Below are positions 16,428 to 23,056 of a DNA stretch of 32,000 bases, in pieces; the first letter of the stretch is position 1, and each line of letters opens with the position of its first letter. The position numbers and the translations under genes were made by a program. The notes beneath the pieces were generated by a model that made no database searches, was not told where the DNA came from, and worked only from the letters and a program-made list of their open reading frames with translations. The DNA is from Breznakia sp. PF5-3. Lineage in GTDB: Bacteria; Bacillota_I; Bacilli_A; Erysipelotrichales; Erysipelotrichaceae. Location: the NCBI RefSeq assembly GCF_029504745.1, contig NZ_JAQFIQ010000007.1, forward strand, positions 36,047 to 68,046. The letters run 5' to 3'.

Positions 16428-19400
16428 ATGAAAAAATTCTTTAAATTATTTATCGCTGCATTTATAGCAGTAACATGTATTGTTCCTTTACAAAGTATTT
16501 CAGCGGCTTATGGAGATCCAGTAGAGCCAATTTACCAAATTTCACGTAATGATGGTGGAGGGAAATATGGAACACATAAGAACCCTGATTATAAAGAGGG
16601 AACTACACAATATTACCGTGATGGAGATATTATCGAGGTAGATTTCAGATTACCAGCTGATTCAGGAGTTCAAATTTATAACCAAGTTATTAAATATGAC
16701 TCAGATCAGTTAGATTTATTATCATCAGATACAGATATTACAGGTACTTTATCATCTACTTTCACAAGTAAGAATTGGTCAAGTACAACAGCAAGAGACA
16801 ATAATGACAATGAAAAAATCTTAGTTTATGGGGGAAGTAATAACTTTGGAAACCCTGATACAAAAGATTATACAGGTGGAACGATTGCTAAGGTTTACTT
16901 CAAAGTAAAAAATGGAGTTGAATCAACAGCAGGAACACCAATTACATTTGAATTTATGAATTTTCAAACAGCAGAGTTTAAAAATAACAAAGTTTCTTAT
17001 ACACATATAGGATATGATCCTAACAACGATGCAGGAACGGTATACTATACAGCTCCTTCACAAACCATTCAAGTAAAGAAACCAAGTGTAACATTTAGTG
17101 CTAATGATGGATTTATTACACAAAGCCAAGCAAAAGCATTAAATACAAAGAATGATTTAAAAGCTTATAATGATGTAAGTGCAAAATTAACTGATGGCAC
17201 TAATATTGATGTGACAACAGATGCACAAAACTTCAATGATATTAAAGCTGGAAAAATTGGTTCTTATGATGTGACATATGGATATACACATGATGGAAAT
17301 TCAGATAGTAAAAAAGTAAAATTAAATGTAGTATCTGATGATGCAGTTATCTCACCAGAGAAAAATTTTGCTTTATCAGCAGAACATGCATTTATTACTG
17401 CATCGGATGCGAAAAAGTTAACGAATAAAACACAATTGATTTCACTTAACAATGCAAAAGTAACATTGAAAAATGGTACTAACGCTACACCTAATGTAGA
17501 TGCACCTGCATTTGCTTCTATTCAAGCAGGAAGTGTTGGAACTTACGAAGTTACTTATAGTTATGGAAGTGGGTCTGATACAGCAAGTAAAAAAGTGTTT
17601 GTAACGGTTGTGAAAGATGGTTCGGTGATTTCACCTAACAAAGATTTCTCACTTTATGCAAAACATGGATTTATTAAGAATACAGAAGCTAAAAATTTAA
17701 CAAGTAGAACTCAATTGATTCCATATAACAATGCAGAAGTTACACTTGTAAATGGAGATAAAAGAGATCCTAGACCAACAGTAACAGCTGCTGAATGGTT
17801 ATCAATTACTTCTGGTATTAAAGGAAGTTACAATGTTCTTTATGAATATGGTGATGGAGCAAATGAAACAAGCTTGGTTGTTAAAATAACAGTCATTGAT
17901 GAAAACGATCCAATCTCACCAAACAAAGAAGCAAGTCTATCTGCACAAGATGTTGAGCTTAGTGAAACAGAAGCAAAAGCGCTTACATCAAAGAATGATT
18001 TGATTGCTTTAAATAAAGCGTCTGTTACATTATCTGACGGTTCTGTGGCAACACCAACGATAGCAAGTGTTGATTATGCTAGTATAGTATCGGGTAAAAT
18101 TGGAATTTATCCAATTACATATACATATGGTAGTGGTCAAGGAAAAGTTGATAAGACAGTAAATGTAATCGTTAAAGAAGATAAAAAACATGTAATTACA
18201 TATGAAGATAAGATTATTACTGTTGATCAAGCAAAAGCATTATCTAGTAAAGATGATCTTAGAGTGGTAAACAATGTTCAAGTAACAGCAATTGATGGAT
18301 CACATCCAAATGCAGTTGTTGATGCACCAACATGGAGTTCTATTAAAGATGGTAAATTAGGAACATACACAGTTACTTATAGTTATGGATACGGAGATAA
18401 ATTAGTATCTGTAAATGCAAAAGTTACAATCGTTCCAAATGGTTCAGAAATTGATGATAACGCAAGTTTATATGCGCAAAATGGATTCCTTGAACAATCA
18501 TCTGCAAAAGCACTAGTAACTAGAAATGATTTAATTCCTTATAATGCAGCGTCAGTTACATTATTAAGTGGTGGAACAGCAACGCCAACGGTTGGAATGA
18601 GCGCAGGAGATTGGTACTTATTGTCGGCAGGAGAATTAGGTTCATATGATGTTGTTTATTCATATGCAAGTTTAAGCAAACGTGTTCTTGCAACAGTAAT
18701 TAAAGATGGATCTATCGTTTCTGAAGATAAGACAGCAAGTTTATATGCAGAAAATGCATTTATTGAATCAAGCAATGCTAAGAAATTAGCAAATAAAGAA
18801 GCACTTAGAGCATATAACAAAGCGTCTGTAACATTAATTGATGGTAGAACAGCGAACGCAACAGTAGATGTTGCAGCTGCTGATTGGTTAGCAATCCAAC
18901 AAGGAACAGTTGGAGCATATGACATACTATATACATATGGAAGTGGAGATGGACAAGTTAGCAAGCGTGTAAAAATTGTTGTTATCGATGATGATCCAAT
19001 CATTTCTCAAGATGGGAAAGTTGCATTGAATGCAGTTGATGGTGAAATTGCGGATACGGATGCAAAGAAAGTTACAAGCAAAGAAGACTTGATTCCATAT
19101 AACAGTGCAAAAGTTACATTGGAAGATGGAACTATCGCTAAATTGGATGTAACAATATCTACAAGTAGCTTAAATGCTATTAAAGCAGGTACGTTAGGTA
19201 CTTATACTGTTACATACTCTTATGGAAGTGTTGGAAGCCCAAGTTATGTAAGTAAAACAGTAAAATTAGAAGTTGTAATTAAAACAAGAGCAATTCATAT
19301 GTTTGACTATGATGATAACAAACGTATTGATGTTATTGACTTAGCACATTTCAATAGAATTTATTCTAATTCTATGAATGTTTCTGCATATGATTTAATG

Positions 19401-19523
19401 TTAACTGACTTCAACAAAGATAAACGTGTTGATGTTATTGATTTAACACAGTTTAAATATTACTATTCTAATTCATTGATTCTTCCACCAACAGTGGATG
19501 TACCAGTTGAAATAATTCCATAA
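16428..19523 (+). CDS. secreted protein carrying both a cohesin-like domain and a dockerin-like module, separated by 8 x ~90-aa repeats
   Basis: RBS aggaggg. Signal peptide FIAAFIAVTCIVPLQSISA. Domain evidence is given in the separate entries. Confidence 0.9.
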   Translation: MKKFFKLFIAAFIAVTCIVPLQSISAAYGDPVEPIYQISRNDGGGKYGTHKNPDYKEGTTQYYRDGDIIEVDFRLPADSGVQIYNQVIKYDSDQLDLLSSDTDITGTLSSTFTSKNWSSTTARDNNDNEKILVYGGSNNFGNPDTKDYTGGTIAKVYFKVKNGVESTAGTPITFEFMNFQTAEFKNNKVSYTHIGYDPNNDAGTVYYTAPSQTIQVKKPSVTFSANDGFITQSQAKALNTKNDLKAYNDVSAKLTDGTNIDVTTDAQNFNDIKAGKIGSYDVTYGYTHDGNSDSKKVKLNVVSDDAVISPEKNFALSAEHAFITASDAKKLTNKTQLISLNNAKVTLKNGTNATPNVDAPAFASIQAGSVGTYEVTYSYGSGSDTASKKVFVTVVKDGSVISPNKDFSLYAKHGFIKNTEAKNLTSRTQLIPYNNAEVTLVNGDKRDPRPTVTAAEWLSITSGIKGSYNVLYEYGDGANETSLVVKITVIDENDPISPNKEASLSAQDVELSETEAKALTSKNDLIALNKASVTLSDGSVATPTIASVDYASIVSGKIGIYPITYTYGSGQGKVDKTVNVIVKEDKKHVITYEDKIITVDQAKALSSKDDLRVVNNVQVTAIDGSHPNAVVDAPTWSSIKDGKLGTYTVTYSYGYGDKLVSVNAKVTIVPNGSEIDDNASLYAQNGFLEQSSAKALVTRNDLIPYNAASVTLLSGGTATPTVGMSAGDWYLLSAGELGSYDVVYSYASLSKRVLATVIKDGSIVSEDKTASLYAENAFIESSNAKKLANKEALRAYNKASVTLIDGRTANATVDVAAADWLAIQQGTVGAYDILYTYGSGDGQVSKRVKIVVIDDDPIISQDGKVALNAVDGEIADTDAKKVTSKEDLIPYNSAKVTLEDGTIAKLDVTISTSSLNAIKAGTLGTYTVTYSYGSVGSPSYVSKTVKLEVVIKTRAIHMFDYDDNKRIDVIDLAHFNRIYSNSMNVSAYDLMLTDFNKDKRVDVIDLTQFKYYYSNSLILPPTVDVPVEIIP
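16506..17073 (+). other. cohesin-like domain, copy 2
   Basis: It aligns residue for residue with copy 1: SRNDGGGKYGTH, YYRDGDIIEVDFRLP, IYNQVIKYDSDQLDLLS, KILVYGGS, GGTIAKVYFKV, GTPITFEF, YTHIGYDPNNDA. Confidence 0.6.
17091..19281 (+). repeat. 8 tandem in-frame copies of the same ~90-aa module as in 10887-14380
   Basis: Examples are NDGFITQSQAKALNTKNDLKAYN...GSYDVTYGY and LYAKHGFIKNTEAKNLTSRTQLIPYNNAEV...GSYNVLYEYG. Confidence 0.8.
19302..19469 (+). other. dockerin-like module
   Basis: FDYDDNKRIDVIDLAHFNRIY ... DFNKDKRVDVIDLTQFKYYY. Confidence 0.7.
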
Positions 19524-19552
19524 ACCTTATGATAATGAAGGGAAGGTTATTT

Positions 19553-20629
19553 ATGAGAAAACTAAAAAAACAAATAGCTATTCTTACAGTATTGATAATT
19601 GCATTCATTACTTGTGCTAGCCCTTTACAGGCTGTGCATTATTCACAAGTGCCAAGTAATAATGGGGGACACCGTTTGCAAAATTCAATTGCATATGTAG
19701 GAGGTGGAAGAGCACCATTTACAGAAAATGGAGTGACGTATTATAATGCAGGAAATGTGATCGAGCTAACGGTCACATTACCTGCTAATACATACGCAGT
19801 ATCTTTGCAAGAAATCATTACCTATGATTTAAATCAAGTAGATTTGGTAACAAGTTTTAATGATATTCGTCAAACCTTTGGGCAATCCCTTTTGAATGAA
19901 GGATGGGCACAAGATGTATTTAAGATGAATGGAAACAATAATCAAATTTTACTTTCTGCAGCAGGAAGTGATTGGACTAATCACTCAAGTATTGCTGGTG
20001 GAGTTGTAGGAAAGATACGTTTTCGAATCAAAGAACAAACAACAACTAATGTTGGAACAAATATCAACATTAATTTTGTTTATCAAATTGCAGGAGCAAA
20101 ACCAAATGGAAAAGGGTTGGCATATATTCATGCTGGATATGATCCAAGCAATGAAGGCGGTACCTATCAAGTATCTGCACCAACGATTTCAATTGCGGCT
20201 CATAAGATACCATCTGCACCAACGACACCTACCAATCCTGAAAAACCTACTGATCCAGTCGTGGATTATCATCCAAGTGTTGTGATCGATAAGGAAATCA
20301 GTGAAAGTAAGAAAAAAGAGATTGCGGCAATTACAGCGAAACGGGATTATTCATTCGCAAAATCGAATGATTTTATGAATGGAAAGAATTCGTATCGAAA
20401 TATTGCGAAAATGTTGATTGATCAAATGGTAAAGACAAAAGATAAAATCAAATATCAAACATATGAGTTTAAAGATCAATATTTAGATATAAAGGCTAAG
20501 AAGACAATTGTGAAAACTACTTGTTATACACATTATCTTTATATCGGGATGAGTTTTGTAGTAATTTTTGTAACATATGGTTATAAAAAATATTTAGAAG
20601 CGAATCGTAAAGTGAAATGGAGGTCTTAA
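19553..20629 (+). CDS. membrane-anchored cohesin-like protein: signal peptide, cohesin-like domain, Pro/Thr linker, C-terminal TM helix plus basic tail
   Basis: The probable start is MRKLKKQ at 19553, after gggaagg. Linker PSAPTTPTNPEKPTDP. C-terminal YLYIGMSFVVIFVTYGY followed by KKYLEANRKVKWRS. Confidence 0.8.
   Translation: MRKLKKQIAILTVLIIAFITCASPLQAVHYSQVPSNNGGHRLQNSIAYVGGGRAPFTENGVTYYNAGNVIELTVTLPANTYAVSLQEIITYDLNQVDLVTSFNDIRQTFGQSLLNEGWAQDVFKMNGNNNQILLSAAGSDWTNHSSIAGGVVGKIRFRIKEQTTTNVGTNININFVYQIAGAKPNGKGLAYIHAGYDPSNEGGTYQVSAPTISIAAHKIPSAPTTPTNPEKPTDPVVDYHPSVVIDKEISESKKKEIAAITAKRDYSFAKSNDFMNGKNSYRNIAKMLIDQMVKTKDKIKYQTYEFKDQYLDIKAKKTIVKTTCYTHYLYIGMSFVVIFVTYGYKKYLEANRKVKWRS
19634..20207 (+). 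other. cohesin-like domain, copy 3 (most divergent)
   Basis: YYNAGNVIELTVTLP..VSLQEIITYDLNQVDLVTS..QILLSAAG..GGVVGKIRFRI..GTNININF..YIHAGYDPSNEGG. Confidence 0.55.
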
Positions 20630-20632
20630 TTT

Positions 20633-20782
20633 ATGAACTGTGGATATGACATGATGGCTTTGATATTATTCTTTATTACCGTGTTTGTTTGTAGCTTTTA
20701 TATCATGAAATTAAAGCGTCAACATGCACAAAGTAATGTCTTACATGATCAATTTTCAAAATATTTTAAAAAAAATGATTAA
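20633..20782 (+). CDS. possible 49-aa single-TM small protein (not in the ORF track)
   Basis: ATG 20633 lies about 10 nt after ggagg and 4 nt after the upstream stop. Sequence: MNCGYDMMALILFFITVFVCSFYIMKLKRQHAQSNVLHDQFSKYFKKND. Confidence 0.4.
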   Translation: MNCGYDMMALILFFITVFVCSFYIMKLKRQHAQSNVLHDQFSKYFKKND

Positions 20783-20786
20783 AAAC

Positions 20787-20816
20787 GGAACCTTTTTCGG
20801 ATTATAAGCGTCTCAA
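20787..20816 (+). promoter_or_regulatory. ECF-type promoter candidate A3 (GGAACCTTTT-N-CGTC)
   Basis: GGAACC 20787-20792, 16-nt spacer, CGTCTCAATA from 20809. The spacer is one nt longer than in A1 and A2. Confidence 0.4.
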
Positions 20817-20992
20817 TAATGAAGGGTAAATTATTTATCCTTTGCGGATATAGTTATTTTGCAATACAACAATTACTATTAAATATCATAACCGAATATT
20901 TATTCAATCGAAATTAATCCTTTCTTTATTCGATGGTATCAATTAGCCCTCAGTAGTTGGATGTATACTAAATGATTATCTTTCGCAACTAG

Positions 20993-21073
20993 ATATCGCT
21001 ATCAACTAATTAAATACGCCTTCCCTGAACAATACATGTATTTAGTTAACCCCGATAGCGATATATTTTTTTT
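20993..21073 (+). terminator. long imperfect hairpin plus T8 abutting the RBS of the next gene (attenuator-like)
   Basis: atatcgctatc (20993-21003) pairs perfectly with gatagcgatat (21054-21064). Further inner pairing is possible (aactaa/ttagtt, taaatac/gtattta). T-run 21066-21073, then GGAGG 21074-21078 and ATG 21085. Confidence 0.5.
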
Positions 21074-21084
21074 GGAGGAATAAA

Positions 21085-21546
21085 ATGAAAAAAATTATAA
21101 TTAGCTCAATTTGCTTTGTTGCATTACTAGCTGGATGTTCTTCTGGTAGCAAGGGAAGTGAAAAAGTTTGTACAATGACACAAGGAGCTAGTGATGAATT
21201 AGAAGAAAAAATTACCATTTCTTATGATGGAGATACAGTAACAACCATTGTTTCAAAGACTACCATTGATGTAGAAAAAACGAAAACAGGTACAACAATG
21301 GAGGATTTAGAAAAGCTTGCAAAAGATGTTGATAAAGTTTATAACGCTATCAAGGGTGTAAAGTATACATATGAAAGCAAAGATAAGAAATTCTATGAAA
21401 CGATAACTGTAGATATCAAGGAAGAGAATATGGAAGAATTACAAAACAAGGGAATGATTAATATGTATGTTGATGAAGATGGAAAAATCTTAAAAGCTGA
21501 CAAATTGATTGATTTCTTGAAAGATTCAGGAATGAAGTGTAAATAA
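21085..21546 (+). CDS. YehR/DUF1307-like lipoprotein
   Basis: Lipobox FVALLAGCSSGS. About 150 aa with ITISYDGDTVTT...IKGVKYTYESKDKKFYETITVD and a C-terminal ...LKDSGMKCK, matching the pattern I recall for DUF1307 lipoproteins. Confidence 0.7.
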   Translation: MKKIIISSICFVALLAGCSSGSKGSEKVCTMTQGASDELEEKITISYDGDTVTTIVSKTTIDVEKTKTGTTMEDLEKLAKDVDKVYNAIKGVKYTYESKDKKFYETITVDIKEENMEELQNKGMINMYVDEDGKILKADKLIDFLKDSGMKCK

Positions 21547-21558
21547 TGAATATAATAC

Positions 21559-21594
21559 AAAGATAGAACAATTTATAGTTTTATCTTTTTTTTT
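21559..21594 (+). terminator. intrinsic terminator after the lipoprotein gene
   Basis: aaagatagaac (21559-21569) / gttttatcttt (21578-21588) with one mismatch, 8-nt loop, then a T-run to 21594. Confidence 0.7.
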
Positions 21595-21665
21595 GTGTCA
21601 TTTTTGTTTGGTTTTATAACTAATATACTCATATGAAGTAAGTTTTAATATAAAATAAAAAAATA

Positions 21666-21696
21666 ATGAACCATTTTTATGTTTATTTCAACTAAT
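21666..21696 (+). promoter_or_regulatory. ECF-type promoter candidate B1 (ATGAACC-N16-CAACTAAT) in front of sigma-fusion gene B
   Basis: ATGAACC 21666-21672, 16-nt spacer, CAACTAAT 21689-21696. The identical half-sites and spacing recur at 26872. Confidence 0.5.
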
Positions 21697-21743
21697 TATA
21701 TGATAGGTTATATTTTTGTCATGTATTGAAAGGGGGCGATGCT

Positions 21744-23045
21744 ATGATGAGAAAAGTGGATGTGAAATATGTAGAAGCACTTCAACGCGGTGATTTGGAG
21801 GCTTTTAATGTAATTTACGATTATTATAAGAATTCCATTTATTTTTTTGTACTTAAATTTGTTGGTAATCAACAAGATGTTGAGGAAGTAGTACAAGATA
21901 CGTTTGTCAATGCATATCGAAATATCAATATGTTGAAATCTTTGGATGCTTTTCATTCATGGCTTTTTAGTATTGCTTACAGCCAAGCACAAATGGTATA
22001 TCGAAGAAAATCACATGGTAATCTGATTGATGGGAATCTAGAAGAAATTGCTAAGGTTGAAGATTCACAAAAAAAAGAAATTGAAAATAAAGATATTCTT
22101 GGAGCTGTAGAAGATGAATTGTATAAATTGCCTGCAAAATATTCACAAGTAGGACAATTGAAATACTTTGAAGAACTTTCGGTAAAAGAAATTGCAGAGG
22201 TCTTAAGTATTCCAGTCGGAACGGTTAAAACTAGATTAATGCGAATTAGAAAGATGATATCTCCTGGTTTAGAAAAAAGAGGATATACACCAAAGAAATA
22301 TTTTGGGTTTGCATTTACACCGCTTCTTTACCAAGCCTTTACAGCAATGATTAACAATCATACATTGTCTGCTGAGCAATCAGTGTCAACGTTCAATACG
22401 ATTCAAGAGAAGATTACTACTGGAGGAGGAACGGCCTTGTTGAGTGGTGTTTCTGCGACAGGTGCTATGGCATCTGCAGGTGTTAGTGCAGTAAATAAAG
22501 CAATGATTGGAGCAACTCTTATGGCAAGTGCAGTAGGTGGTGTTGTCATTTATCAAAACTTACATACGGAAGCTGCAGTAATTGAAGATATTGTATATTA
22601 TCAAGATCTAACAAATAAGGATATTGAAGTTGCGGTTCTTTGCAATAAAGAAATTGGTAGTGCGGATATTGATGTGTCGTATAACGAAACACCAGTCGTA
22701 TTTCGTATAGAGGATAATAAGGTATTGTTTGATGCCAAAGATAATGGTGAATATAAGATTAGTTTAAATGATGAAAATCAAGTCCTTACCATTGATAATA
22801 TTGATAAGGAAGTTCCATTGATTCATAATGTGGCATATGATAACGATTTACTAAAAATTGAATTTGATGATGCAAATGCAATAGATTATCAAAAATCATA
22901 TGTAAACTTTAATGAAAAATCATATACAATTTCAAAGCAAGGAACCGTTCATGAAAAATTGGATGGTGAGTTTGAAGTTGTGTTGTATGACTTGGCAGGG
23001 AATAAAGTCGGCTATAAGATAGACTTAAAGACATACAAAAATTAG
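21744..23045 (+). CDS. ECF-type sigma-70 family factor fused to a TM helix and a C-terminal extracytoplasmic domain (paralogue B)
   Basis: Start ATG 21744, after aaaggggg. Region 2: EEVVQDTFVNAY..FHSWLFSIAYSQAQMVYRR. Region 4: LPAKYSQVGQLKYFEELSVKEIAEVLSIPVGTVKTRLMRIRK. TM helix AMIGATLMASAVGGVVIY. The tail is homologous to paralogue A (DLTN, NGxY, IDNIDKxxP, LLKI, IDxxKSYV, LYDxxGN). Confidence 0.85.
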   Translation: MMRKVDVKYVEALQRGDLEAFNVIYDYYKNSIYFFVLKFVGNQQDVEEVVQDTFVNAYRNINMLKSLDAFHSWLFSIAYSQAQMVYRRKSHGNLIDGNLEEIAKVEDSQKKEIENKDILGAVEDELYKLPAKYSQVGQLKYFEELSVKEIAEVLSIPVGTVKTRLMRIRKMISPGLEKRGYTPKKYFGFAFTPLLYQAFTAMINNHTLSAEQSVSTFNTIQEKITTGGGTALLSGVSATGAMASAGVSAVNKAMIGATLMASAVGGVVIYQNLHTEAAVIEDIVYYQDLTNKDIEVAVLCNKEIGSADIDVSYNETPVVFRIEDNKVLFDAKDNGEYKISLNDENQVLTIDNIDKEVPLIHNVAYDNDLLKIEFDDANAIDYQKSYVNFNEKSYTISKQGTVHEKLDGEFEVVLYDLAGNKVGYKIDLKTYKN

Positions 23046-23056
23046 AGGGGTAAAAG

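Noticed and set aside
9648-20629. Calling the locus a bona fide cellulosome or polysaccharide-degrading complex
   Set aside because: I saw no glycoside hydrolase, carbohydrate esterase, polysaccharide lyase or classical CBM sequence on any dockerin- or cohesin-bearing protein. Only lectin-like and Ig-like modules are present.
20819-20917. 32-codon ORF (MKGKLFILCGYSYF...) starting just after the A3 CGTC element; possible leaderless or leader peptide
   Set aside because: It has no Shine-Dalgarno sequence and no recognisable leader-peptide logic such as runs of a regulatory codon. It cannot be supported from sequence alone.
21003-21010. Third copy of CAACTAAT (the -10-like half of motif B) in the lipoprotein leader
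   Set aside because: No ATGAACC-like element lies 16 nt upstream; the sequence there is ctttcgc. The octamer lies inside the hairpin arm and loop, so it is probably coincidental.
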